The notes beneath the pieces are model-generated. The model saw only the letters and a program-made list of their open reading frames with translations, did no database searches and was not told where the DNA came from. The position numbers and the translations under genes are program-made. From assembly GCA_012295275.1 (NCBI GenBank), contig CM022672.1, forward strand, positions 27,962,001-28,026,000: DNA of 64,000 nucleotides. Direction: 5' to 3'. This DNA comes from Chrysomallon squamiferum (lineage: Eukaryota; Animalia; Mollusca). Shown piece after piece: positions 45,401 to 58,048 of the stretch (its first letter is position 1; the number at the start of each line of letters is the position of its first letter).

Positions 45401-48400
45401 TGATCCACAGGTCAATTTCAAGGTCATAACAACGGTCAAAAGGTCAGTGTATCCCAACCTTCTTTAAAATGAACAAAAATGACAGATTTGGAATCCTTGT
45501 TATATTGCCTTTTCAACAATACCAATTTTATGAATACTGGTCCAACAGTTCCTGATATATGAGTGTTCAAAGGTTGGTGGTCACACCCATTTTGCCCAAA
45601 AATCTAAAAATTAGAAGGGCCATATCTCCAAAATCACTGGTAAGAAACATGGATGGCCAATGATATTATAGACAAACAGGTTAAAGAAAGGTTGGTGTGA
45701 CTGCTAACAGAACATTGTTATTGCCACCAATCCAACATGGAAATAAATCACTTCTGTCAGAAAATGCTAGTCCTACTTTCCAAAATCATGGTTGGGTTGA
45801 TTCATTCCTACATAGAAAAAGTTTCATAAAAGATAATGCAAGAAAAAGAGCAAGGAAAATTCCAGATAATTTTCAAGAAAAGAGGCAAGTTAAATGCAAG
45901 CATAAGAGAGGTAATGGATAGTAAGCATATGCCACCAAAATACATTATTAGTTTTGACAAAACTGGTGTAAAGATCATCCCAATGTCAAATTTTATGTAG
46001 GCAAAGCAAGGTCCAATGAAATTGATCTAACTGGTGCTGATGGTAGGCATGAAATTAGCATGCTATTCAAAATGACAGTGAATGGTGGAATGCTGAGATT
46101 AACTGAACGTGACACCCTATATGACTGGCAAATTGGTAAGATCACAAAGAATACAGAACTTATAAATATAGCTGGCAAATGGTATGACTTGGACTGAGAC
46201 TGTTTTTAATGCATTTTAACAGAAATAAAAATGAAATCATGTTAAAGCTCTAGTTGTAGTAGTTGTCTTGAAAACAGCATCAACAACTGCAAACAGTTAA
46301 GTTCTTTGCAAATTTATGATGTGTGTGTGTGTGTCATCATTGTTGTTTGTGTGTACATTTAATAAATGTGGTATGAAATATCTGCAAAAATTAATACATT
46401 TGGACACGTGACTTTAACTAAATTATCAAAATAGTTGTGATTGACAACAGATATGATTTGAATTATGTTTACATGTTAGGTTATAAGGGGATTTATCTAA
46501 AACATTGAGCAAGGAATTAAAAAAAACTTTAAATATACTTAGTAGATGGCATAATTATTTGATTAAGTAAATCATCTGGTGAGATACCCCTTTTTTAAAA
46601 TGAAGCTTAATAACATGGCCTCAGATCAAAGGATTAATTTGTCATTTTTCCTTTTTTGTTTATTTCTCTGGTGAATGCTAATTAAGACCTGTAGAACCTT
46701 GGTCATTTCTGTAATGTTCCAGCTATCCTCATTGCATGGACTTTGTTAATTAAGCCTATATTTTCTGATAGAATTCCATTTGTTACATGTTTCCATAAAA
46801 CAAAATTTGCATTTCAATACTTGTTAAAATTAGTTCAGTAATTTTATTCAAATGCTGTATCTGCAATTTATGTCAAAAAGTGAGCATCTCTGTTCTGGGT
46901 TCAATAAATATGTCATTAGTGTAGCCAACTACTGGACATATAGGCAGTCTAGTGATCAAAGGTTCAAATGATTAATTTTATTGATCAATTTATTTTTCAG
47001 TGTTAAATTGTATAATTCAGTAAAAATAAATATCTATTTGTATTTCATTTTCAAACAATAATTTTTGTTTGTACAAAGTATTGTCTACATAATATTGTTT
47101 GAATCAGTTTTAGATTAACTTGGTATTTTTCTGTGGTTCTTGCATTAGGGACAGTAACTCTGGAATTATGCATAATTATATTCCGTGGAGTTGTTACCTA
47201 TTACTGTATGATTATAATAAAAATCTCCGCTCCTGTGGATAAAATATAATAACTAATTCAATTAACTGCATTTAAGTATGGAGTAGGCAATTTTTTCAAC
47301 ATTAACTTGACTGTAGGAGAACTGTAATGGTTTTTATTAATAATAAGCATCTGATAACAGAAATGCAATTAAAGTTGGTTAGGTATGTTTATAATTGCTA
47401 AGCTTGTCCTTTTTTCAGAATTTCAGTAACATTTACAGCAAGATGGATAGAAAAGAATATTTTTAAAAAAAGAAAATAAGAACGTTAGTTTTAAGGGTGA
47501 ACTCAGGTTATTTTTTTTACACAACTTAAGGCCAACAGTCCAATTATTTGTGTACTTATAACCATATCAAGTAACTAATATGTCTTTATTATCACAGTAA
47601 CTCTCCATGGAACTCCTAGCTTTCTAAGAATAACACCTTGTCTTTCTGTGAATAACAGTTAATCAGCCCACACTTGTTGGAGCTCATTAACAATTTGTGC
47701 AGTGAATTCTGGTTCACTGTCACTCTTAAGTATACATTGGGTTCCAAGCAAAATAAAAATATCCAACAACTGATATTTATAAACAAAACTAAATGAGGTG
47801 GTCTTCGTAAACCATGATCCTTGTGGACAGTCCCTTACTCATAGTTAATATACTGATAAGATCAGCTTGTGTTTTTTTTAATTAAAATCCTTAGCAGCAG
47901 GTCAAAATTGTCAAAATACAAGCTTACTTAAATACTGTAACTTCAAACAAGGCCATTCATTCATAACTACAAGACAAGTTATTTTAGACTGTTATATTCC
48001 AAATGTATATAATAAATAATGCTAAAACTGTTTAACTGTTAACTGTCAAAACAATTGACTACTTCTTACTATCATTTCAAAACAATTACCTGGTCTTATT
48101 TAAACACCACTAATTCAAAGAAAATCTTAAATTTAATATGTTCTCTAATTTAATGGAAAACGGGGACTTTATATCATAAGAATTAATCTATTTAAAAAAT
48201 AATAATAATAATAATTATGAGAGAAATAAAAAAATAGTTTTTTCAAACATTGAAACAAAATACAGGTTTGATTATCTTCTAATGAAATGAATGTAAGTAA
48301 TGGGTAAGACTTTGGTAATCCCAACACTGGTATTTTACCAGTATCAAACTGAAGTAAACATGTGAGGAAATAGAAAATTGCTTTATGTGCACTAATATGT

Positions 48401-50424
48401 AAACGTGAGAATAACCCCAAAAATATTTTATTTAGAAATAAGAATTATATTCCAAGTGAGTAATATGAAAATTTTATATTTACCGGAAGCTCATAATCTT
48501 CACTATCCTCCTCCTCATCTTCATGTTCTGTCTCTTCACCATTTTCTTCTTGATCTGAGTCAGAAAAACCCTTAGTATTACCTGCTAAAATAGAACATTA
48601 ATTATTTAGTTCACCTGTTTGGAATTTAAGGCTCCTTTTATGCAGCGATACTCTGTTTCTTCTTATTATTATTATTACACATACATATATTTTTTGCAAA
48701 GATTAATATGCTTTCATTAAAATTCATTTATTGCTTTTTCTAAAATCTATAAGGAAATTGATTAAATAGCAAGTATTAATAACTTTAGATTTCCACACAG
48801 TAAATGCTTCCTCTAATAAAAACAAAGTCTGCTTATTAAAAGATTTATCTTAATAAGTAGTTCCTGAGTTATTAATTGTCTTAAACAGAACTAACAGAAG
48901 TCAAGTCTCTGATTACTACTAAAACGAAAATAGCAATAGCTAAGAGAAATACAGAAAAATTCAGTACAAGTGAAGGGTATCTGTTGATGATCAAAATTGA
49001 AATTTGAAAACAGTATGATTTTAATATAATATTACCTAAATTTTAAGCTAAGATGTGGACCAGAGGATGTAAGATAATATATTGAATAGTTATCTCCCTG
49101 ACTCCACACTACCTAGAACAACTTGTTGAACATCAAGTGAATTACCTTCCAGATAAATTCTTTACTAAAGGAATTCTAAGAATTAGTGTGCAAAACATCT
49201 GCCTAATGAATCTGTAGTCCAGTGAATCAAGTTTCATTAAATTGTGGATTTACTGCATATATTGAAAAAATCAACAAATAAAATATTCACCTTCCTCAGC
49301 AGTTCCTTCCTCTTGCACAGATTCTGAATCAGGGCTGTCTAAAATGTTATCAACAGCCAAAACAGCCTTTTCTATTGTCTCTTCCTCAACATCTATGTAT
49401 TTCTCTCTTGTTATTGGATTAGTCAGTGAAGTTATGATGTTCTTATGCTCAGCATACATGTCTGTTAAACGGGTTTCAAAATCTTCACCAGTGAGATCAA
49501 AAACCATGCCACTATATACTGCAAATACAGGTTCCTCACCTGAAAAACTTGCTGACTGGGGTAACCTACCTAAAATTAAAAATAATAATAATAATACGAT
49601 TTTTTTTTTTTTTTTAAATAATCCATAAGTAATTGGAAAAAATAGAAATGTAATCTGTATATATTGATTCTAGAACTAAAACGATTACTATGCATAATTA
49701 TAAAAATTTAGATATTTGTATTTTTCAAATAAATTTTGTTAAGATGTAATGGACTTATTCTATAAGTAGTCTTACCACAACTAACAATCTGCTTGTTATT
49801 ACAAATGCTATCATGATAGAGAATTGTCCAAGGCCTTTTTCGAATGGTTAAGCAAAATTCTAAGAACCCACAATTACAAGTCAATTCATGACGTCTGATA
49901 TCACTGAAATCAAAACATTCTAAATTACCTTGTTAAATTTTGAAGGTTTAGACAAATTATTATTACCAGCAAGTAAATTTTAATTTTAGTTCTTTTAAAA
50001 TCTGTTTTAAGAATATCGAGACATGACAGAAAATTAAAAAATATAGAGTTACAGATGCTGTCAAAAGAGTGTATCAGTAACTGTTTACTTGCTGAAATAC
50101 AGGACCTAATCAGTGGTGTATGAAGTGTAGTATAAAAAATAGAACTGTAGCCAAAATGACAACTTATTAAAAAAAGGTTATATTCATTTTTAATTAGATC
50201 AAAAAAACTGATAAAAAATTTAATTAAAAAATAAAGAAAACTCACATGATCACTACACCAGAATGCTTTATAACACATCTTGATAATTTCTCTAAATCTC
50301 TATCTAAAAGAACATCACATGTGACCACTTGATTTACAAGCCTACAGCTTTCAAAACAAAATTTCAAGGGCTTTCCTTCTTGCACGTGTACAATGTTGCT
50401 CAACAACAGCAGTACTATCAACAT
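39455..50424 (-). CDS. Uncharacterised single-pass type I membrane protein (signal peptide, Cys-capped mini-LRR-like region, acidic stalk, TM, basic cytoplasmic tail), 549 aa
   Basis: Ten GT-AG exons join into one stop-free 1650-nt frame: 50424-50246, 49903-49776, 49569-49291, 48584-48484, 42799-42686, 41749-41537, 41310-41266, 40493-40198, 40047-39993, 39694-39455. Signal MLIVLLLLSNIVHVQEG; IDIRRHELTCNCGFLEFC (LRRCT-like); TM LLFLMLILVICHFVLITIVIIILV followed by KK. The last three exons are less certain. Confidence 0.68.
41911..42565 (-). mobile_element. Tigger/pogo-family internally deleted element, 655 bp
   Basis: TIRs CAGTGGTACCT and AGGTACCACTG with TA target duplications at 41909-41910 and 42566-42567. 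The internal piece MNPKKISANDSAEKKWMMSIELKHEIIEKNERGVRVVNMARRYKRSTFTI is a TIGD/CENP-B-type N-terminal HTH. Confidence 0.92.
43050..45640 (-). mobile_element. Decayed DDE transposon with long inverted repeats, Sola2-like
   Basis: Transposase motif EWNFFATSHGKSACDGIGG on the minus strand at about 44230-44170. An inverted repeat of about 147 bp pairs 43224-43372 with 45324-45470, and 43183-43204 pairs with 45617-45640. Left terminus GGGTAATTCCGTGTCAAATC. The superfamily call is from motif recall. Confidence 0.72.
44340..45010. repeat. Degenerate (AGT)n/(AAT)n low-complexity tract inside the Sola2-like element
   Basis: About 670 bp of scrambled AGT/AAT/GAT triplets. Confidence 0.8.
45650..46200 (+). 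mobile_element. pogo-like (DDE_1) transposase remnant
   Basis: Fragments NHGWVDSFLHRKSFIK..RKRARKIPDNFQE and FDKTGVKIIPMSNFM*AKQG.NEIDLTGADGRHEISML resemble the pogo HTH-to-DDE region; contains stops and frameshifts. Confidence 0.7.
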
Positions 50425-51110
50425 AATGCTGCTGCTGCAAGAAGAAAAATAAAAGAAACAATTAGTAATCATTTCTCTCTTCTTCTTCTTCATAATTTAA
50501 ATAATAATTTTAAAAAAAGTAATAATATATTTATGTATTTGCATTACGAGATAAAGGCACCCATTTTCTTTTTAAAATAATAAAAATAACAGAATGAAGC
50601 ATCTGGACAGAACAATTGTTTTCCTAGTACTGGATAAATAAATTGTTTTGAAATAAAGGTATATAATTTTTAAATTATTATCTATTTATTTAAAAAATTA
50701 AATAATATCAGAAAAGAAAAAAAATTTCAAATCATTTCAACCTTGGTCCAGAATACAGAAAAATCCTGAAATATGAAACACTTCCATTTTCAAAATGCTA
50801 GTGCATGCATAATATAATATCATAAAGACACAACATGCCACATAGGCCTATTATGAATCTATTATGTACCAAATCGGAGGATTGTTTCAGTGTTAACATT
50901 ATTTTTGTACTAGCAGTAAAAACAAATCATAATATTCAGTAAAAATTTTGCGTATATTCGAACTGCAAAACCACCTTTTATTATTATTAACTACGGTAGC
51001 AGTAATGCCAGAGAGGGTCTGAAGTAGTCTCAATCTCATTCTCTGCTGCTTTGAACATTATTTTAACTAAGAGTAAGAGCTGTGATAGTTGTTGTTGTTG
51101 TTGTTCTTAC

Positions 51111-51270
51111 CTGTAATCCTTGCACAGGATTGTAGTTTATGCGTTCTTGATTTTATAACTCATTTAAAATTTAATACTTTATTAAATTAAATTAATAGAT
51201 TAACAAAGCAGACCATTGTCGGCTGGGAAAATTATAACCATGATACGTCATTACAATAAACCGGAAGTCA
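51111..51270 (-). promoter_or_regulatory. Candidate non-coding first exon and promoter of the orphan membrane-protein gene
   Basis: Strong minus-strand donor CAG|GTAAGA at 51110 and a tandem CAGCAGCAG acceptor just before the ATG at 50424. ETS-type CCGGAAGT at 51261-51268 in a locally CpG-richer patch. Confidence 0.45.
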
Positions 51271-53092
51271 TTAGAGAAGTTTTGCATAGACGTAATCCAT
51301 TCACGTATCTAATTACGTACGGACCTTACTCTACGGGTCATGTTTTCCGTTCAGCAATCACGTAAAACACAAAGCACGTATCGAAATAGGTCAAGCATGG
51401 GAAGTAACTATAGCTCTAGAACTCATAAAAAGGTTCATCTTTTCTTTTCTTTTTTTTTGATATAATATATGTATATTTGGTTTGAACATGTATAAGATAT
51501 TCAGTGTTTATGTTGCCAAATGACCAAAATCAATCACAGGTTCTCCATTGATTTTGAAAGAAAAATAGAGGAACATTTTATTCAAATAAAAATTAGTAAT
51601 CTTTTTCATATCAAACCTATCCACGATATCTCTGAGTGATTTTAATCTGTTTTTATTGCTGATTCTGATAATATATATTTTACAACAAAATTACGTTTTT
51701 GAAAATTTTATCACGTACCGATTATTTGTTATCTGCTTCTTTTGCAACAGTATAGTATACACAGAACAAATAAATGTTTTGTCTATTTCTCTGCAAGAAG
51801 CAAAACAACATCTTAAGGCAATGTAAAGGTCAACAAACGTTACTTTACTACTTTTCCAGCATATATTAGTTTGAATTTGGTACACAAATCGTAATCTCGT
51901 TCAGCCAGCGATACAACGGTATGCAAGTCCAACCTCGGCTTTTTTGAAGAGAAGGGGATCTGTCGTTGGCGATCATTTATGTGAAAATCATGCAAGAAAA
52001 TGCAACTCAAAACGCCTAATCTGTGCAAATATAATTGAAGAAAATCATAAAAACAAGATTCACCCTTTATAAGGTTTCAAAAAATTGCTATTACGATAGG
52101 AAATGCACACTTGCAAATGCTTCGCCATACGTAAACATGTACATTTAGGCTTGTTCCGTATCGAGGAAATCTCGCGAGAAAAGACAATACGTTTTCGGCA
52201 CGTGAAAGTTGCGTCTATGCTAAACCTCTCTATTATAAGATTACATCGTTTAGAACTGCTCTGTAATGACTGATTTGTATAAATAATCACTTTAATTAGT
52301 TTGGTTGTCTGCTAGATTAAATTTGAGCCAGTTTCGTGTAAAAAATTCTAGAATACTGCGCAATATGTTTTGCTGCCGTGAAGATGAGAGGTTAATGTTT
52401 GAATTTTTCCCGTATTTGTAGTGCACGCCTTTTATTACTTTTTAATACAGTAAACCAAGTATATATCGGAGTAGCCAGTCTTGGATAATATATAGTAATA
52501 TTTTTACAGTTGAATGTCTTCAAGGTACATTAAATTTATTGTGTATAACAAAGGTCTTGATTTTATCTAAAAAACCGTTAGCATATGATTCCAGTACCTG
52601 TACCACTCTACAGATGTTATTGATATAGTTTTCGATGTACATGAGGTTGACTGTAGCTGAAGACGTTCGAAGGATAAGCTGTCAAATCCTGCACATAAGC
52701 TTACAGTGTTCAGGATGGTTAAAACAGATATCAAGCACTTTATTTATTGACAATACTGAATGAAATTAGTAAATCTTATGACTACTTTGCACTGTCTAGG
52801 GTTTTACATAGCCGGATTAAGGGTAACTGATGCCCCAAGCACAGTCCAACATTGTCAATCATCATCGAAACACACATGACGCAGAAATTTAATGTAGATG
52901 CTGAATCTTAAAAATTAGATAGAAAATTTAATTTGACTTCAGCTAATACCTCGTAACTCTGTTATTTCAAAGCAATTTATTTATCCTGTATTAGGAAAAC
53001 AATTGTGTCGTTTTCAAGGCACTATTCTATTATTTTATATTATTATTATTATGATTATGATTATAATTATTATAATATTATTATTATGATTA

Positions 53093-53149
<57 letters not shown>

Positions 53150-53370
53150 CATTATTTTCTGTGCCTTTATCTCTTGATGCTCTGATGCATTTGTAGATTT
53201 TACTTAATAATAGCCGCCTTCGTACATGTACCGTGGTCATTGTACAGTACATTATGAACCTTTTTATTAAAACAAAATTTCTTTTCTTTTCTTATTATTA
53301 TTTTAACTTCAAACTCTGTTGTAAACATAATAATCTTAGTTATTTTATTAAATATTTTTTAACGTGATAC

Positions 53371-53401
<31 letters not shown>

Positions 53402-53744
53402 GTCTTTATAACCGCACCATAAATCTCTGTATTTCACCATAAATTAGTAAATTTCTGCAAGAGCAATTTTTCCTATTCATTTATTCTTTCTGAAAATGCT
53501 AATGCCTGCTACAGGTTTCATTTCCCACTGTCTAAGTGTATCTAAGATAATTTATGTTATGAAATGGATAAATTAACGTCCGACTCGAGGTGGCACAGAC
53601 GCTGAGTGCATTAGGCGGCCTTTTCTTCGTTTAATAATGATTTTGTCTTCTTTATAATTCTTCTAGTTTACACGTGTAGGGCAGACCATGGAGCAGGTTA
53701 GGCCATCTAACAATCGTGTAGAAATTATCCCATGATTACGAACA

Positions 53745-54890
53745 CCACCGGTACAACTGCCATTAACATCATTAGTACCAGCACAGTCATTTTTTTTAAC
53801 ATAACTGTTAATACCATCGATGCCGCTGCCATTACCAACACCACCGCCAGCACTGTCATGTGTATTAATATCACCGGTAAGGCTTCTATTACCATCACTA
53901 CAATCAGCACTACAGTGTGCATCAGTATCACCGGTAAGGCTTCTATTACCATCACTACAATCAGCACTACAGTGTGCATCAATATCACCGGTAAGGCTTC
54001 TATTACCATCACTACTATCAGCACTACAGTGTGCATCAATATCACCGGTAAGGCTTCTATTACCATCACTACAATCAGCACTACAGTGTGCATCAGAATC
54101 ACCGGTAAGGCTTCTATTACCATCACTACAATCAGCACTACAGTGTGCATCAGTATCACCGGTAAGGCTTCTATTACCATCACTACAATCAGCACTACAG
54201 TGTGCATCAGTATCACCGGTAAGGCTTCTATTACCATCACTACAATCAGCACTACAGTGTGCATCAGTATCACCGGTAAGGCTTCTATTACCATCACTAC
54301 AATCAGCACTACAGTGTGCATCAGTATCACCGGTAAGGCTTCTATTACCATCACTACTATCAGCACTACAGTGTGCATCAGTATCACCGGTAAGGCTTCT
54401 ATTACCATCACTACAATCAGCACTACAGTGTGCATCAGTATCACCGGTAAGGCTTCTATTACCATCACTACAATCAGCACTACGGTGTGCATCAGTATCA
54501 CCGGTAAGGCTTCTATTACCATCACTACAATCAGCACTACAGTGTGCATCAGTATCACCGGTAAGGCTTCTATTACCATCACTACAATCAGCACTACAGT
54601 GTGCATCAATATCACCGGTAAGGCTTCTATTACCATCACTACAATCAGCACTACAGTGTGCATCAATATCACCGGTAAGGCTTCTATTACCATCACTACA
54701 ATCAGCACTACAGTGTGCATCAATATCACCGGTAAGGCTTCTATTACCATCACTACAATCAGCACTACAGTGTGCATCAATATCACCGGTAAGGCTTCTA
54801 TTATCTTCACTAGTACCAGCATTATCGTGTTTATCAATACCACCGGTAAGGCTGCTATTACCATCACTATTATCTATATTACTACCCTAT
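53745..54890. repeat. 57-bp minisatellite: 16 near-perfect units (53870-54781) plus degenerate flanking units
   Basis: Unit ATCACCGGTAAGGCTTCTATTACCATCACTACAATCAGCACTACAGTGTGCATCA(A/G)T; unit starts are spaced exactly 57 nt from 53870 to 54782. Confidence 0.97.
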
Positions 54891-55639
54891 AACGAGCATT
54901 ATTGCTTGTAATATTAGGCATGGTATCGCTGGCATTATTAAATGTATAATAGTCGATGGTAATAGCTGCGGTACTTGTTGTATTATTAGATACGATAGTG
55001 CTGGTTATAGGGAAGGTAGTGGCAGTTTCACTGCTGGTATTGCTAGACACAATAATGCTGTTATAAGTCTGTTATAAGCCGTTCTGGTCACATCGTTAGG
55101 CAGGATATCGCTGCATTAGTTAATGTAAGAGTGTTTGCATATTTAATGTTGTGTTATGTTGGTGTGTGTATGTATTTTGTTTGGAGGTATATGTGTGTGA
55201 GTGTGGTGTTGTACGACAGATAACAGAAATAGCACAGCACAAAACACACTGTTCTCTGCTGTGTTGTGCATCTGTCTAATATGTGTCTGGTGTCTGGTGT
55301 CTGTGTGTTTGTCTTTCTTATGTCTGTGTCAGCATGTGTTTCTCTGTGTTTGCATGTTGTTGGGGTTTTTTTTCTTGTGTATCATGCAGCTGTATCTGGT
55401 TTGTGTGCGGTTTTCGTAGTATTATTTTGTGTATGACAGACATGGAATATATGGTCCCTGTCTGTGTATTTCAGTGTCTATAATGAGACTACATCCATGT
55501 CTGTTTTGTGTTTTATGTTATCTGGCAGTGTGGTGCATGTGTCTTGTTATAGTGTGTATATACACCCCATAACAAGACACATACACCAACACTCCAACAT
55601 AACATAAAAAACAAAACATGTACTGATGAAACAATACAT

Positions 55640-57240
55640 GTTTCCGGATTGATCTAGAAAGATCTGCAGGGAGGGACTCAACCTACAGACGCATTAGTGT
55701 GGAATGTCAGGTGATCTGCCAATACATCACGAACACATGACTGTGAAATCAAAAACACAAAACTGAAAATGTTTTACAGCAAGGAGGCTTTCTCTCACCA
55801 ACATTCTACATCATTTTTATTAATGGTATATTAAAAGGAAATACCTCAGTGGATTCATAGATCAACTTTTGAAGATCAGCTTACTATCTGCTATTCAGAC
55901 GATTACACCACAATAGCAAATGTTAGAGTACAAAAGAAACTCTGGATAAAGATTGAAAAATGACAAAGACATGGCTGGTAAAACTAAATCCTACCAAAAC
56001 TACATATACAGTGTCCATTCTGCCCAACAAAGAAGTAACAGTCAGGCTCCAACGTGAATGAAACAAATTACTTGAAGATTAAAAGACTGAGTACTTAGGA
56101 ATCTCGTTTGATCATAGGATGACAAGTACACAAGCAGAGATGAAACACATCTTGCACTGGTAAAGTAGTACCAGGTTCATCCTGGAAAACATACAAAAAA
56201 TAAAATAAAATAAATAAATAAATAAATAAATAAATAAAAAGAAGAAAAATATCTACAAAAGCTATGTTGAAACAGTTCTAGAATATGCAATGATATGCTG
56301 TGGAACAGTATTAAAAAACAAACCAACAAATTGCAAAAGTCCAAAACCAAGCCGCGACAGTCCCAGCCTCCCAGATCATAAGATGAAGAAAATCCCAATA
56401 CACAGCAGAACTTCTCTATGGAAGAGAAATAACTTTCCAGACATTCACGAGTCTGTGTTAGGAATCGTGAAAAACAGAACCAAGATACATTTGAAAATAA
56501 GAGCTGTTTACCAAGAGTATGTTCACAAAATCTGTTCTCAAGACATGTTTACACATTTATACTGACAGATTAGCCAAGCAAATAAACAAAAATGGAGGGA
56601 GACAAATTGAATGAAAGATGAGAAAAAGACTCAGATATCTATTCCAACAGATAAATACCACTGCAATCACAAGTCTGTAATGGAAGCCCTCGGAAATGTA
56701 GCGGCAATCCTGATTAATAAACATCAAGAACTGATACAGAGAAGTGGTGATTTCTTTCAGGGTCACTAAAAACCCCAAAATAAAACAACATGATCGATCT
56801 GGCTAGTGATGTTTCTTGACTGAGCTGTTCGTCTCAACAAGTAACCATCACAATGTAGCATTCTGGAAATGAGGAAGATAAATTAGCTAAAGGAGGTAAA
56901 TTGGTCCAGGAGGAGTCAGAAATCTAGGCTGGATGCAGACCACAGTCAAGCAAATATACAAGAGACTAACACTACAGAAAGAATGATTGTTAAAACATCA
57001 GCAACTTCCAGCTTCCACGACAAATCAAGTAGTGATGAAAGAGAGGAGGAGAACATGTCACACTGTACATTAAACATTACATGTATTGGAAATTCTGAAA
57101 GGAGACACTGGAACAAACCCACTGTAACACAGTCCCTGTGGTACTGCAACATTTTCTCCAACACTGTTCCAACCACCGAACCTGAGGAAAGTCCCAAAGA
57201 AGGAACATTTTGGATTGAAGGAAAACTTACAGAATACTGA
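55640..57240 (+). mobile_element. Non-LTR retrotransposon remnant with RT and RNase H (I/Nimb/ingi-like group)
   Basis: Degenerate motifs LSPTFYIIFING (about 55790), EYLGISFDHRMT (about 56090), KSYVETVLEYA (about 56260) and RNase H-like SGNEEDKLAKGG (about 56862-56897). Heavily mutated. Confidence 0.72.
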
Positions 57241-57919
57241 AATTCGAGCTAATTAGGTCCTTGTCTGAACCATTAGATTAATGAGAAGATGTTGTTAGAG
57301 GTAGTGATGGTAATAGCAGGATACATGATTGTGCTGGTATTAGTGAATGTACTACCTGCGCTACTGGTGATACTATCAGACATGATAGTGCTAGTATTAG
57401 TGATGATAATACCAGCACTATCATGCCTAAAAATACCGCCATTACATTCATTAACGCCAACATTATCATGTCTAATAATACCACCACTACCGCACCTATT
57501 ACCATCAACAAAAAACATCACTTTCATGTGATTTAATACCACAGCTACTGCTGGTTTTGCCATCATTAAGACTAGCAGTATCTTAATACCACCACTAGTG
57601 CTGTTATTATCATCACTAATACTATCATATCTGATAATATCACCAGTAGCGCATACAGTAGTGATCATCATACATACACACCCGCGCAAGCGTTCACACA
57701 TACACATAATTATTATCTCAAAAACTATTCGGTAGCTTCATTTGTCACAGAGCTGAAGAATATGACTACTAAGGTAAGTTTGTTGACAGGAACAACAATA
57801 GAAATGATAGCAAATGATAATAATAAAAGAGAATAATGAGAACGATAATGATAACAACAATACAGCAGCAAAACAATAAAATTATGACGGCGACGATAAA
57901 AGAAACAACTGCAATAATG

Positions 57920-57951
<32 letters not shown>

Positions 57952-58011
57952 TATTATTATTATTATTATTATTAAAAATAAGTCATTTTAAACCAACTCC
58001 TCTAAATAAAT

Positions 58012-58047
<36 letters not shown>

Positions 58048-58048
58048 C

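Noticed and set aside
51690-52300. Cluster of short minus-strand ORFs in a CpG-richer patch
   Set aside because: No recognisable motif or consistent splice chain; possibly regulatory or old repeat sequence.
53870-54838. Regularly spaced repeats resembling a CRISPR array
   Set aside because: Units are head-to-tail with no unique spacers, there are no cas genes, and the context is eukaryotic.
53725-54911. 363-386-aa ORFs as protein-coding genes
   Set aside because: They follow from a 57-bp (3n) unit lacking stops in three frames. The ORFs start and end with the array, and no signal peptide or splice context supports them.
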